A stretch of 64,000 nt of DNA, taken from NCBI GenBank assembly GCA_016285085.1, contig JAEEQA010000004.1, positions 13,836 to 77,835 on the forward strand, read 5' to 3'. The notes under the pieces are model-generated. The model had not been told where the DNA came from. It was given only the letters and a program-made list of their open reading frames with translations, and made no database searches. This DNA is from Bacteroidales bacterium (GTDB lineage Bacteria; Bacteroidota; Bacteroidia; Bacteroidales; WCHB1-69). Position 1 is the stretch's first letter. Each line of letters opens with the position of its first letter. Shown here piece after piece: positions 34,899 through 44,914 of this stretch. A program made the position numbers and the translations under genes.

Positions 34899-35004
34899 GT
34901 GAGCGTGGATCCAATGGCGGACAAGTACCCCCTGAAAGTCTCCGTATGCATATTGCGCTAACAATCCGGTGAAGCTGGTGGACCCGAACGGGAAAAATAT
35001 ATAG
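34899..35004 (+). pseudogene. Frameshifted remnant of an Rhs/YD-repeat core C-terminus
   Basis: Frame a reads 'VSVDPMADKYPLK'. After a +1 shift the sequence reads 'SPYAYCANNPVKLVDPNGKNI*'. Together these match the conserved Bacteroidota Rhs-core end '..DP.AEKYP..SPYAYC.NNP....DP.G' (from memory). Stops flank both pieces and no toxin domain follows. Confidence 0.5.
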
Positions 35005-35024
35005 CACCCTCAAACCATCCATTA

Positions 35025-35606
35025 TTAGTTTTCCGACACATTCACCGGCACATCCAACCAGTGCCGGTAGTCCGGACCCAGCTGGCGCACCGCCGTCTCC
35101 CACACCGTCGCCGGATTTTCGCAAAACAGCAGCTCCCGGCGGTACTCCGCCACCACCCACATCCCACGTTCCAGCTCATCGTCCAACTGCCCCTCGCCCC
35201 AACCTGAGTAACCGAGGTAAAAACGGTACTTCATCGTGGGAATAGCATTGTACTCGATCATCGAAATCAACATGTCGTCAATGCCGGAATAGACCCCTTC
35301 TGCCACAGGATTGTACTTCCCGCTGCCACCAAACGTGTGCAGGGCGATGATGCCCTCCACTTTGACGGGACCGCCGAAGAAAAACTTGCCGTCGATGCGC
35401 CAGTCGCTCTTGGCCTCCTGGATCGGCACATTGGTGCGGCGGTTCACAATCAGCCCCGCTGCCCCCGACGAATCGTAGTCGGTGAGCAGCACCACCGAAC
35501 GGTTGAAGAACGTGTCGTTGAAAAACGGCACCGCCACCAGCATCACCCCGTCCTGCAACGGAATGCCCGTCGGCTTCACCTTCAGAAAATCCTGCTCAAA
35601 ATCCAT
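35025..35606 (-). CDS. YqgE/AlgH-family (UPF0301) protein
   Basis: 193 aa. The 'LLTDYDSSGAAGLIVNR' and 'FFGGPV' segments are typical of the family. Confidence 0.8.
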   Translation of the reverse strand: MDFEQDFLKVKPTGIPLQDGVMLVAVPFFNDTFFNRSVVLLTDYDSSGAAGLIVNRRTNVPIQEAKSDWRIDGKFFFGGPVKVEGIIALHTFGGSGKYNPVAEGVYSGIDDMLISMIEYNAIPTMKYRFYLGYSGWGEGQLDDELERGMWVVAEYRRELLFCENPATVWETAVRQLGPDYRHWLDVPVNVSEN

Positions 35607-35621
35607 GGCAAACTTGCTTTT

Positions 35622-36551
35622 TTACAAGTTCTTGAAATAGTCGATCGTCTTCAACAACCCTTCCCGTAGCTGTATGGTGGGTTCCCAATGGAGTATCTCC
35701 TTCGCCTTGTCGATGACGGGCTGCCGCTGCTGCGGGTCATCGGCAGGGGAATCCTGATAAATGATCCGGGACTTCGAACCGGTCAGTTCAATGACCAACT
35801 CCGCCAACTGCTTGATGGTAAATTCGTTGGGATTTCCAAGATTGATCGGTCCAATTACGGAATCGTCCGTTGCCATCATCCGTATCAACCCCTCGATGAG
35901 GTCGTCGCAATAGCAGAAACTGCGGGTCTGGTTGCCGTCGCCATAGATGGTGATGTCTTTTCCCTGCAAAGCCTGAATGATGAAGTTGGAAACCACTCGT
36001 CCATCGTTCGGGTGCATTCTCGGACCATAGGTGTTGAAAATACGTATTACTTTGATTCTCACATTATTCTGACGGTGATAGTCAAAGAAAAGGGTTTCGG
36101 CGCACCGTTTCCCTTCGTCGTAACAGGAACGGATGCCGATGGGATTGACATTGCCCCAGTACTCCTCCGGCTGCGGATGCACAAACGGGTCGCCATAGAC
36201 CTCGCTGGTGGAGGTCTGAAGGATTTTGGCATGGATGCGCTTCGCCAACCCCAGCATATTGATGGCGCCCATCACCGAGGTTTTCACTGTCTTGATGGGA
36301 TTGTACTGGTAATGAATCGGGGAGGCGGGACAGGCAAGGTTGTAGATTTCGTCCACCTCGATGTAGAACGGGGAGGTGATGTCGTGGCGGATGACCTCGA
36401 AATAGGGATTGTCCATCAGATGGACGATGTTGCGCTTGTTGCCGGTAAAGTAGTTGTCGAGGCAGATTACCTCGTTTCCTTCCTTGAGGAGGCGTTCGCA
36501 AAGATGGGAGCCGAGGAATCCGGCTCCGCCGGTTACTAATATCTTTTTCAT
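35622..36551 (-). CDS. UDP-glucuronate decarboxylase (UDP-xylose synthase), extended SDR
   Basis: Shows '[14 protein letters not shown]', 'DNYFTG', and the catalytic 'YDEGKR'. 309 aa. Confidence 0.88.
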   Translation of the reverse strand: MKKILVTGGAGFLGSHLCERLLKEGNEVICLDNYFTGNKRNIVHLMDNPYFEVIRHDITSPFYIEVDEIYNLACPASPIHYQYNPIKTVKTSVMGAINMLGLAKRIHAKILQTSTSEVYGDPFVHPQPEEYWGNVNPIGIRSCYDEGKRCAETLFFDYHRQNNVRIKVIRIFNTYGPRMHPNDGRVVSNFIIQALQGKDITIYGDGNQTRSFCYCDDLIEGLIRMMATDDSVIGPINLGNPNEFTIKQLAELVIELTGSKSRIIYQDSPADDPQQRQPVIDKAKEILHWEPTIQLREGLLKTIDYFKNL

Positions 36552-37738
36552 TTTTCGGTTGTTTTTGACAATGAAGAGGGATTGGTTTTATGTGTTCGGA
36601 TAAGGATGTGCTTGTTCCCGAGCGTAGTGGCGAAGAGAGTGGTTCCGCCGCCCGCACCGAGCCTGAGTCGTTTACGGAGCTCCGCCTCCCCTATCGGGAA
36701 ATTGCGCACGGTGATGTCGGCGTTGGTCAGCCCTTGCAGCCCCGCCTTCAGGTCGGCCTTGCCCATCCCGAAGGCGGCCTCCACCTCGAAGCTCCGACCG
36801 AAAAAGTCGGGAACAAGGGCAGACGCGGTGTACAGATGGCTGTGCGGGTGCAGCTTTCCGAGGCCGCATCGGGCGGCTTCGGCATTCATCAGCTCCGCCT
36901 TTAGCAGCGGGGCTGCCGGCTCGTACAGGTACCTTCCCACCTCCGCCACACAGCCGATACTGCGGTTGCGCTGGTCGTACGGAAAGGTGGCTTTGCGCAC
37001 GGCGCCGTCGCGGGCGAGGTCGGCGCAAGTAACGGTCAGCGGGGCTGTGGTTTCACGGTTTGCCAGCAGCAGCAGTTCTTTCACCTCGCCCGCAACGGCC
37101 ACCACATGGATTTCGGCAATGCCGGCCAACGCCCGCACCGCCGAGGTGATGTCGTACATCGGGGAGAGTTTCACGAGGACGGTGGCATAGCGTGCCGTGA
37201 GTTGCGGCCACCAGTCAATCAGATCGGGGGAGCAGTCTTCTATGAGGAAGACGCGCCGTCCCGCCTCCCGCCGCGACGGGTCCAGGAACACGCAGTCGCC
37301 GTCGGGCAGATTATCGATGCTCCCGTCAGGGTTGAGCCGCGCCTCCACGTTGGAAAGTTCCAGCGCCGCGAAGTTACGGCGGGCCAGCTCCACAAGGTTC
37401 GACTGCATCTCCAGGTAAACCACCTGTTGGAAATGGCGGGCGAAAAAACTGCTGTCCACCCCCATCCCGCCGGTGGCATCCACCAAAGTGCCGCCCTCCA
37501 CAAGTGCGGCCTTATACGATGCCGTCAGCTCCGAGGAGGCCTGCTCCACCGACACCGGCGGCGGAAAAAGCAAGTCGAAGTTGCCGTACCACGACGGCAG
37601 CTTCGACTTGGCTTTCTGTCGTGACTGTATCTGCTGCAACAGCCACTTCTTGTCGGAATCGCCGTACCACCCGTCCTTGGCCGACAGCGCATAAACGTCG
37701 TCGTTCAGATGTTGGCGGATGATATCGGTCTCTTCCAC
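36548..37738 (-). CDS. Class I SAM-dependent methyltransferase with a THUMP-like C-terminal region
   Basis: SAM-binding motif '[12 protein letters not shown]'. 396 aa. Its stop overlaps the UXS start (ATGA). Confidence 0.6.
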   Translation of the reverse strand: MEETDIIRQHLNDDVYALSAKDGWYGDSDKKWLLQQIQSRQKAKSKLPSWYGNFDLLFPPPVSVEQASSELTASYKAALVEGGTLVDATGGMGVDSSFFARHFQQVVYLEMQSNLVELARRNFAALELSNVEARLNPDGSIDNLPDGDCVFLDPSRREAGRRVFLIEDCSPDLIDWWPQLTARYATVLVKLSPMYDITSAVRALAGIAEIHVVAVAGEVKELLLLANRETTAPLTVTCADLARDGAVRKATFPYDQRNRSIGCVAEVGRYLYEPAAPLLKAELMNAEAARCGLGKLHPHSHLYTASALVPDFFGRSFEVEAAFGMGKADLKAGLQGLTNADITVRNFPIGEAELRKRLRLGAGGGTTLFATTLGNKHILIRTHKTNPSSLSKTTEK

Positions 37739-37748
37739 AATGATTCAA

Positions 37749-39878
37749 TTATTCCTGGTTATCGGAACCCATCGCCTTGAACTTGTATTCCAGTTCTTTC
37801 ACCTGTTCTTTGGCGGCTTCGATCTTCTTGGCGAACTCGGCCTTGAGAAGGTCGGCGTTCTTGGAGTTCTCGAAGAAACCGAGGTTGTTTTCCCAAATAG
37901 CAATCTCGTCCTTCAGCTGGGCGATCTTGTTGGCGAGGAAACGGCGTTCCTTGTCGAGGATGCGGTCGGAACCCGGGTCGCCGAGCACGCGGCTGGAGTT
38001 GCGGTTGCCGCTCTGGCGCACCTCAAACGAGCTGACCTTCAGTTCGGCGAAACGTTTGTTGAGTGCCTCGCGGTAAGCAGCGTGAATGCGGTCCTTCTCT
38101 TTTCTGGGAACGTAGCCAATTTCGGTCCATTCGCGCTGGAAAGCGCTCATTGCATCAAGGTTGGCGTTCTTGTCCTCGCTAAATTCATAATCCAGAATAC
38201 GTTGGATAAGATCCTCTTTCTTGCGGAGGTTCTCCGTTTCGTTCTCTTCCACATTGCCGAAATACTTGGCCTTGGCTTCGAAGAACTTGTCGCAGGCGGC
38301 GCGGAAACGTTTCCAGAGAGCTTCGGAATGTTTGCGCGAGGTGGTGCCTACCTTTTTCCACTCCTGTTGCAGAGCGATGATGGCATCGGTGGCGGCGCGC
38401 CAGTCGGTGCGCTCGGCAATACCCTCAGCCTGGATGATGAGGTTCAGCTTCTGGTTGTAGTTGTTCTGCTGCTCCTCTTTCACCTTCGAGAAGAACTCCT
38501 TCTTTTTCTCGAAGAACTTGTCAAGATTGCCTTTGAAGCGGGTCCAGATTTCCTCGTTCACTTTGGGCGGTGCGGCGCCGAGGGTCTTCCATACCTTCAG
38601 CAATTCCGTAAGCTGGTCGCTGATCTTATTGTATTCATTGACATTTTCAGCCGGCTGAGCCGTGAATTCCTCAGCCTTTTCGCATAAAACGAGCTTGGCG
38701 TTGTAGTTGTTCTGCTGCTCGGCAAAAAGTTCGTCGTAATGTTCGCGGCGACGCTGGTTGATCTGGTCGGAAGCGGCTTTGAAACGTTCCCAAAGCTCCT
38801 CCTTCTTGTCGTCCGGCACAGGTCCGATCTCCTTCCACTGGTCGTGGAGGTCCTGAAGGGCGGAAAATGCTTGGTTGATGGATTCCATCAACATCAGTGC
38901 TTCGGCCTGTTCGCACAGTTTTATCTTTTGCTCAAGATTTTTCTTGAGATCCAAATATTTGAGTTCTTTGTTGATACGAAGAATATCAAAGAATTTCTCC
39001 ACAAAGAAATGATAGTTCTGCCAGAGATTGTTGGACTCGTTCTGAGGAACGGGACCCACGGATTTCCACTTTTCCTGAAGATCTTTGAACTTGTCGTTCA
39101 ACACCTTGAGATTGGTTTCATTTTCCACCAACACACGCAGTTCCTCAATGATGCTGCGCTTGGTTTCCAAGTTTTGCTGTTTCTCCTTTTCAAGATTTTC
39201 CAAGAACTTCTCCTTGTTGTCCTTGAAAGTGTGCAGCGCTTCGTTGAATTTCAACTCAATGTCTGTAACTTCGGGCTTGAAATCCTCCTCTTTGTTGTTT
39301 TCGTCGGCGAGGAAGGCCTCTTTCTGAGCCTGGCGGTTTTCTTTAAGGATAGCCAAAATATTGGCCTTCAATACACCGACCCGTGTTTTGATTTTGTTGT
39401 AGTCGGGTTCGACCACCACACGGCAGATTTCCTCCACGGCCTTGTCCAACGAAAGGTCCTTGTACTCTGCCTCGATTTGTTCGAGGGTTTCCACGGGCTC
39501 TTCCGGAGCGGGCTCCGCTTCAACAGGTTCCGATTCCTTGTTTTCAATCTCACTCATCATTTCAGCAGCGGTTTCGGCGGCGGGTTCTTCGGTAGCGGCG
39601 GGCTCTTCGGCCTTGGGTTCCTCTACTGGAATTTCCGTCACTTCGGGGGCGGGTTCCTCGGCTTTGGGTTCTTCGGCGGGAACATCGGCCACGACGGGTG
39701 CTTCAGAGGCGGGTGCTTCAACGGACTGCGGCTGTGCCTTTTCGACGGCTGCAGGTTCTGCGGGGGTCTGCGGAATTTCTTCCGTTACTGTTTCCTGGGC
39801 TGCTTCAGGAGCGCAGGGAGTCGCATCAAGATTCTGATTTTCATCATTTTCCGTGCGGAGAAGGTCTTTTTCTTCCAT
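37749..39878 (-). CDS. DUF349-repeat protein
   Basis: 709 aa. An acidic 'EEPKAEEPA' N-terminal region is followed by repeated helical units with 'W(K/E)..G.VP......LW.RF...'. Confidence 0.78.
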   Translation of the reverse strand: MEEKDLLRTENDENQNLDATPCAPEAAQETVTEEIPQTPAEPAAVEKAQPQSVEAPASEAPVVADVPAEEPKAEEPAPEVTEIPVEEPKAEEPAATEEPAAETAAEMMSEIENKESEPVEAEPAPEEPVETLEQIEAEYKDLSLDKAVEEICRVVVEPDYNKIKTRVGVLKANILAILKENRQAQKEAFLADENNKEEDFKPEVTDIELKFNEALHTFKDNKEKFLENLEKEKQQNLETKRSIIEELRVLVENETNLKVLNDKFKDLQEKWKSVGPVPQNESNNLWQNYHFFVEKFFDILRINKELKYLDLKKNLEQKIKLCEQAEALMLMESINQAFSALQDLHDQWKEIGPVPDDKKEELWERFKAASDQINQRRREHYDELFAEQQNNYNAKLVLCEKAEEFTAQPAENVNEYNKISDQLTELLKVWKTLGAAPPKVNEEIWTRFKGNLDKFFEKKKEFFSKVKEEQQNNYNQKLNLIIQAEGIAERTDWRAATDAIIALQQEWKKVGTTSRKHSEALWKRFRAACDKFFEAKAKYFGNVEENETENLRKKEDLIQRILDYEFSEDKNANLDAMSAFQREWTEIGYVPRKEKDRIHAAYREALNKRFAELKVSSFEVRQSGNRNSSRVLGDPGSDRILDKERRFLANKIAQLKDEIAIWENNLGFFENSKNADLLKAEFAKKIEAAKEQVKELEYKFKAMGSDNQE

Positions 39879-39925
39879 AAAATAAAAAGAATTTTAAATG
39901 AATAAATAGGTTGATAAATTAGGTA

Positions 39926-41719
39926 TTACTCTTCGTTTTTCTCTTTTTTATCGTACTGGTAAATCTCGCGACAGATGGCGTCGTACTTTTTGTAGAGCAC
40001 ACTGCGACGGAGTTTTAACGTTTGTGACAGCTCGCCTGTCTGGGTGGTCCAACTATCGGCCACCAGACGGAACTGACGGATCTGTTCGTGTTCGGGCAAC
40101 GTTTCATTCAGTTTAGAAACCTCCCTCTGAACCCGTTTTATTACATCTGGGTTGTGAACCAGTTCCTCATTGTCAACATAGTGAACTTTGTGCTTGGCGC
40201 ACCAGAAATGAAGTGTGTCGAAATCGGGCACGATGAGGGCAGCGGCTATCTTCTCGTTTTCGCCGATCACCATCGCCTGCTCGATGAAGGAGGACTCTTT
40301 CAGCCGGTTCTCCAACACCTGCGGCGCAATGTACTTGCCCGTGGAAAGTTTGAAAATCTCCTTTTTCCGATCGGTGATTTTCAGGTAGCCGTCCACCAAC
40401 ATGCCGATGTCACCGGTGTGGAACCAACCCTCCTCGTCCACCACTGCCTTGGTGGCGGCATCGTCCTTGTAGTAGCCCACCATCAGGCAGTCGCCCTTGG
40501 TGAGGATTTCACCGTCGTCGGCCAACTTGAACTCAACGCCGGGAAGGATGGGCCCGACCGTACCCGGATGAAGCTCACGCTTGCGCGGATTGTTCACCGA
40601 AATCACCGGAGATGTTTCCGTAAGCCCGTATCCTTCATATATTTGCAGCTTTGCCGCAGTGAAGGTACGAATAATTTTTTCTTGGATGGAGCTGCCGCCC
40701 GACACGATGATCATCGGCATACCGCCGAGGTTTTCGCGCCATTTGGAATAGACCAGTTTGTCGGCAAGATCGTATTTCTTTTTGTAAAACCAGCTTTGGT
40801 TCTCGTTATCATACACTTGCGCAATGCGGAACGCCCATTTGTAGATGCGTTTCTTGATGCCTTTGAGGTCTTTTCCTGCGGCCTGCAACTTGTTGAACAT
40901 CGTTTCCAAGACGCGCGGCACGGCGCAGAATCCGGTGGAATGGATGTCTTTCAAGTCCTTGGCGATGGAGGCCAGACTGGTGGCATAATAGATGCTGGAG
41001 CCTAAAATCTGGTACATGTAGTTGCACACCCTTTCGTAAACGTGGCTGAGTGGCAAGAAACTCAAAATCACGTCTTTGGAAGTATGGGTATGGAGGGAGG
41101 CCACTGTCGCGGCATTGATGACCATGCTCTTGTGGCGGAGCAGCACCCCTTTCGGGTTGCCGGTGGTGCCGGAAGTATAGATGAGGGTGGAAATGTCCTC
41201 GGGCGAAGTTTCCTCCTTGATTTTCTGGATGGTGGGAGCCCATTTTTCCAAATTGGCGCGGCCGGTTTCCAGAAATTCAGCAAAGCTGCGGCGCCCTTCA
41301 ATAGGGTCAATGGTGAAAATCTGCGGATTGAGAACCAAGTCGGGGATGGCAGGTTCCACGCGGCGGTAGATCTGTTCCACCCCGATGAAGATGAACTTGG
41401 CGTCGGAATGGTTCAGGATGTACTTGTATTCTGTGGGACTCAGGGTCGGATAGACGGGCACATGTATGCCGCCGGCCATCGTGATGCCCATGTCAAGGAA
41501 GTTCCATTCGGGACGGTTCTGCATGATGGTGGCCACCTTGTCGCCTTTCTGCACGCCCATTTCCAACAAGGCAGAGGCGATGGCATTAGCGTGTTCGCAA
41601 TACTCTTCAACGGTGTATTCTCGCCATTTTCCAGTGGCATCGCGGCGTCCTAAGACGACTTTGTTTCCGTAGTTTTCTTTGAGATTGTCGAGAATGTCAA
41701 AATTGCGCAGTAACTTCAT
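39926..41719 (-). CDS. Long-chain fatty-acid--CoA ligase (AMP-dependent synthetase)
   Basis: The ORF track gives 39926..41782. The ATG at 41719 (MKLLRNF...) lies downstream of a -7 box. Shows 'LIYTSGTTGNPKGV', 'GYGLTETSP' and 'WFHTGDIG'. Confidence 0.85.
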   Translation of the reverse strand: MKLLRNFDILDNLKENYGNKVVLGRRDATGKWREYTVEEYCEHANAIASALLEMGVQKGDKVATIMQNRPEWNFLDMGITMAGGIHVPVYPTLSPTEYKYILNHSDAKFIFIGVEQIYRRVEPAIPDLVLNPQIFTIDPIEGRRSFAEFLETGRANLEKWAPTIQKIKEETSPEDISTLIYTSGTTGNPKGVLLRHKSMVINAATVASLHTHTSKDVILSFLPLSHVYERVCNYMYQILGSSIYYATSLASIAKDLKDIHSTGFCAVPRVLETMFNKLQAAGKDLKGIKKRIYKWAFRIAQVYDNENQSWFYKKKYDLADKLVYSKWRENLGGMPMIIVSGGSSIQEKIIRTFTAAKLQIYEGYGLTETSPVISVNNPRKRELHPGTVGPILPGVEFKLADDGEILTKGDCLMVGYYKDDAATKAVVDEEGWFHTGDIGMLVDGYLKITDRKKEIFKLSTGKYIAPQVLENRLKESSFIEQAMVIGENEKIAAALIVPDFDTLHFWCAKHKVHYVDNEELVHNPDVIKRVQREVSKLNETLPEHEQIRQFRLVADSWTTQTGELSQTLKLRRSVLYKKYDAICREIYQYDKKEKNEE

Positions 41720-41738
41720 CTTGCTTTTTTTGGGGTGG

Positions 41739-41746
41739 CAAAAATA
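41739..41746 (-). promoter_or_regulatory. Putative -7 box TATTTTTG (minus strand)
   Basis: TAnnTTTG match 20 bp upstream of the start at 41719. Confidence 0.45.
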
Positions 41747-41771
41747 GGATTTTTTTGCACACGGAGCAACG

Positions 41772-42242
41772 TCAATAATCAATCCGGTAGGTGCAGTTTT
41801 TCCATTGTTGCAGCACGCCCACCGCCTCCGTTCTCATCTTTTGGAGAGCAGAAACCTTTCGTTCCGACCAGTTCAGGTCTATCTCATTATAAATGAAGGA
41901 GTCATCAAATCCAGCAGCGGATGCATCCGAGCGGTCGGCGGCGAAATAGACAGTTTCGAGGCGGGCCCAATAGATGGCGCCGAGGCACATCGGACATGGC
42001 TCACAGCTGGTATAAATATCGCAACCGGTAAGTTGGAACGTGTGGAGGTTCCGGCAGGCTTCACGAATGGCGGTCACCTCGGCATGGGCGGTGCAGTCAT
42101 TGTCGAGCGTCACACGGTTGCTGCCGCGTCCCACCACCTTTCCATCCTTCACAATCACCGCCCCGAAAGGTCCTCCCGTTCCCGAAACAAGGCATTTTTT
42201 CGATAGCTCAATGGCCTCACGCATATACTTTTCTTCGTACAT
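41772..42242 (-). CDS. CDA-fold nucleoside/guanine deaminase
   Basis: Zinc motifs 'HAEVTAI' and 'PCPMCLGA'. 156 aa. Confidence 0.82.
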   Translation of the reverse strand: MYEEKYMREAIELSKKCLVSGTGGPFGAVIVKDGKVVGRGSNRVTLDNDCTAHAEVTAIREACRNLHTFQLTGCDIYTSCEPCPMCLGAIYWARLETVYFAADRSDASAAGFDDSFIYNEIDLNWSERKVSALQKMRTEAVGVLQQWKNCTYRIDY

Positions 42243-42262
42243 AGCATCTTTTTTTTAGCCTG

Positions 42263-42270
42263 CAAAAGTA
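42263..42270 (-). promoter_or_regulatory. Putative -7 box TACTTTTG (minus strand)
   Basis: TAnnTTTG match 21 bp upstream of the start at 42242. Confidence 0.45.
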
Positions 42271-42361
42271 CGACTATTAATCGGATAATTTCCCAAAAAA
42301 ACGATAACCGATACGATGAATAAAAAAATTTCAAACCTTTTTAAACTTTCGGAAACAATGT

Positions 42362-43012
42362 ATGTCGTACCCTCGTTTTTTTGTTCCTACAATGGAAAAC
42401 CTCATTGACAAAGTTAAAAAAAGCGATTCCTTTCAGGTCCCTGACGGCTATTTTTCCGAATTGCCCGACAAGGTGATGGAAAAGATTGCTGCGGAGGAAA
42501 AAGTGGCCCAACTGCTGGAAAAACACCGCGAAGGGCACTCCTTTCCCGTACCCGATGGCTACTTTGAAAATCTTCCAAACCAAGTAATGGAACGCATCGG
42601 AGAAACCGAGAAACACCGGACTTTGTTTCTCCGCCGGGTTATCACTTCCATTTCCGTGGCTGCATCATTGATTCTGGTTGTCGGCATCGGTCTGTTATGG
42701 AACACTTTCCAAAACAAGGAGAGCGCAAACACAATGACCGCCACCGTCGTGGAAAAGCCCTCTCCTACCCCCGCCACCGCCGAACTCACACTCCCGGAAA
42801 ACACGCTGGCCAACGTCGTGGTTCCCGACCAAACAGCCTCTGTACCCTCCTCAAGTAAAAGAACCTCGACACAAAGCCAGAACGAGCTCCTTGAAAAGAA
42901 AGCCGACGACTTCGTCGAGAAATATGCATACGAGAACATGGATGATATCGACTACGACATCCTGGACTACTTTTCAGAGGAAGACTACATCACCGTTCTG
43001 TTGGAAAGTTAG
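42362..43012 (+). CDS. Hypothetical single-pass membrane protein with a duplicated N-terminal motif
   Basis: 216 aa. Two copies of 'F.VPDGYF..LP..VME.I' are followed by the TM segment 'VITSISVAASLILVVGIGLLW' and a low-complexity tail. Confidence 0.5.
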   Translation: MSYPRFFVPTMENLIDKVKKSDSFQVPDGYFSELPDKVMEKIAAEEKVAQLLEKHREGHSFPVPDGYFENLPNQVMERIGETEKHRTLFLRRVITSISVAASLILVVGIGLLWNTFQNKESANTMTATVVEKPSPTPATAELTLPENTLANVVVPDQTASVPSSSKRTSTQSQNELLEKKADDFVEKYAYENMDDIDYDILDYFSEEDYITVLLES

Positions 43013-43050
43013 GGGAATAAAAAATAGCCCCAATCATCAAATATTTTTCG

Positions 43051-43058
43051 TACTTTTG
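43051..43058 (+). promoter_or_regulatory. Putative -7 box TACTTTTG for the tRNA gene
   Basis: TAnnTTTG match 37 bp upstream of the tRNA 5' end. Confidence 0.45.
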
Positions 43059-43094
43059 CACCCGCGTTTATGGGAATATCCATAGGATGCATTT

Positions 43095-43168
43095 GCCCCC
43101 GTAGTTCAGCTGAATAGAATGTCAGATTCCGGTTCTGAAGATCGTGGGTTTGAATCCCGCCGGGGGTA
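43095..43168 (+). tRNA. tRNA-Arg (anticodon CCG)
   Basis: Hand-folded cloverleaf of 74 nt. Acceptor GCCCCCG/CGGGGGT, D stem GTTC/GAAT, anticodon stem TCAGA/TCTGA with loop TTCCGGT, T arm GTGGG-TTTGAAT-CCCGC. Confidence 0.88.
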
Positions 43169-43171
43169 CAG

Positions 43172-43200
43172 AAATCCGCCTCAAAAGAGGCGGATTTTTT
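43172..43200 (+). terminator. Rho-independent terminator after tRNA-Arg
   Basis: AAATCCGCCTC-aaaa-GAGGCGGATTT followed by a T run. Confidence 0.85.
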
Positions 43201-43240
43201 GTATTTTTCACGGTTCTCAAAGTCTTTATCGTTTAGTTGA

Positions 43241-43285
43241 AATAAAAGAAAAAAAGGTCAGCTGGAAAGATTCCAACTGACCTTT
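43241..43285 (-). terminator. Rho-independent terminator after the OmpA-family gene (minus strand)
   Basis: A 15-bp stem (AAAGGTCAGTTGGAA / TTCCAGCTGACCTTT, one mismatch) followed on the minus strand by TTTTTTTCTTTTATTT. It lies 20 bp after the stop at 43305. Confidence 0.8.
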
Positions 43286-43304
43286 GTATGTTTTGTGTAT
43301 GCGT

Positions 43305-44867
43305 TTATCTATTCACCTTGATGCTGATGATAGCCGCACGGTGTTCCTCCAATGCCGGATCCGTGATATTGTTGTTGTTTTCAGGATCGGAACTGGTGTA
43401 GGTGTGGAGTTCAAGCTGTGACGGATCAACACCCTTCTCTTCCACGAAGAGTCTCTTGATGCTCTCGGCTCTTCTCTGGGCAAGGTCACGGTTGTGTTCT
43501 TCAGGACCGAGCTTGCAGGTATAACCTTCAATAACGAGGATATACTTCTTGTTGGATTTCAACTTCTTGGCGGCTTTGTCAATGTAATCACCGCTTTCAT
43601 TGATCTTCGGCACATCCTTGTCAAGGTCGAAGAGAATCTTGATCTTTTCGAGATCATCTGCCAAGTCTGACAACTCTTTCTTTTCCTTCGGTGTGAGCTT
43701 TTCACCGCTTTCCGTCGTCTCGGGACAAACAGGAACGATGTAGATGTATTCCGTGTTCTTCTTACAAGCGTTGCAAGTGTCATCCAAGTACTTCTGGGCA
43801 GCTTCCGTCATCTTCTTGTAGAACTTCTTACGAGCGGATTCCTCCACTTGACCGCAAGGCTTGATATGGATACCAACCTTTACACCAACTTGGAGATAAT
43901 GCCACTTGAAGTTTCCAATAACATCGGCACGGCTAATGTCAAGATCATTGTCCATGCGATATGAGATGGTTTCTCTATCCATTGTTTCATAGATATTGGA
44001 ACCCATCATGCCGTTGTAATGAATCTTGCCGTTGTTGTCGTACTCAATCAGGTCATGCTTGTTTTCTCCCTTCGGAAGAATGTTCAGGAACCCGTATGAG
44101 GCGAAAAGGCCGACGTAGGCATCCACCTTGTTGTTGATAGTGAAAATCCCGCCAAAATCAGCCTGCAAATCAATGGAGCATCTGAGTTTTGTGGAATGGC
44201 TTGCACCATCAACCTCTGCCGTGTAAAAACCATGATTTTCCATATCATGGTAAAGGATGTTGTAATATTCATCCCAACCCGTGTAGGTAATGGTTCCGTC
44301 GGTAAGACGAGTACGGTTCATGATCGGAAAATAACCTTTCACACCCAACTGGGCATAGATACCGTTACGGCCGTCGAACTTCTTCTCAAACTGTGCGGTG
44401 AGGGGAACTTCAATCGCCCAAACGACCTCCCGTTCCATAAGATTGTTCGTCTTAAAGAGCAAGTCCACATTGGTGTTGTGAAGAGATGCCTGGTTGTAAT
44501 CTTCCGGATCCTGTGAGTCCGCCACAACGCCGCGAATGTTCATATTGGCACAAGCGGAGAACTTGTTCACGCCAACACCGATACCAAGACCCCAGTTCTG
44601 GTTGAAGAAATAGGTGTAACCCAGTTCCAAAAGATGGGCGTTCGGGTGAATGTACATACCATTCCACACTCCATTTTTGATACCGGGAATCCTATGGTAT
44701 ATATCATTGGTGAAAGCACCGCCAAAACGGATATTCACACGATGATGACATACGGAATCAACAACCATAGAGTCCTGCTCTGTCACCAAATTATCCTCTA
44801 TTTCCTGACAATAACCGGTGGTGAAGAAAGCCAGAATAAGACCGATTAAAATTAATTGTTTTTTCAT
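43305..44867 (-). CDS. OmpA-family outer-membrane protein (N-terminal barrel-like region plus C-terminal OmpA/peptidoglycan-binding domain)
   Basis: 520 aa with a signal peptide. The C-terminal 'IEGYTCKLGPEEHNRDLAQRRAESI' is an OmpA_C-like motif. It lies directly downstream of the giant adhesin gene on the same strand. Confidence 0.82.
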   Translation of the reverse strand: MKKQLILIGLILAFFTTGYCQEIEDNLVTEQDSMVVDSVCHHRVNIRFGGAFTNDIYHRIPGIKNGVWNGMYIHPNAHLLELGYTYFFNQNWGLGIGVGVNKFSACANMNIRGVVADSQDPEDYNQASLHNTNVDLLFKTNNLMEREVVWAIEVPLTAQFEKKFDGRNGIYAQLGVKGYFPIMNRTRLTDGTITYTGWDEYYNILYHDMENHGFYTAEVDGASHSTKLRCSIDLQADFGGIFTINNKVDAYVGLFASYGFLNILPKGENKHDLIEYDNNGKIHYNGMMGSNIYETMDRETISYRMDNDLDISRADVIGNFKWHYLQVGVKVGIHIKPCGQVEESARKKFYKKMTEAAQKYLDDTCNACKKNTEYIYIVPVCPETTESGEKLTPKEKKELSDLADDLEKIKILFDLDKDVPKINESGDYIDKAAKKLKSNKKYILVIEGYTCKLGPEEHNRDLAQRRAESIKRLFVEEKGVDPSQLELHTYTSSDPENNNNITDPALEEHRAAIISIKVNR

Positions 44868-44914
44868 AATATCTATAATTTTTAATTTCGTATTTAGATT
44901 TTTGAATAATCCAA

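Noticed and set aside
43095-43168. tRNA-Arg as an integration site for a mobile element carrying the OmpA-family and giant adhesin genes.
   Set aside because: No integrase was seen, and I could not find a direct repeat of the tRNA 3' end or other att-like duplication in the window. The lower GC of the adhesin locus alone is insufficient.
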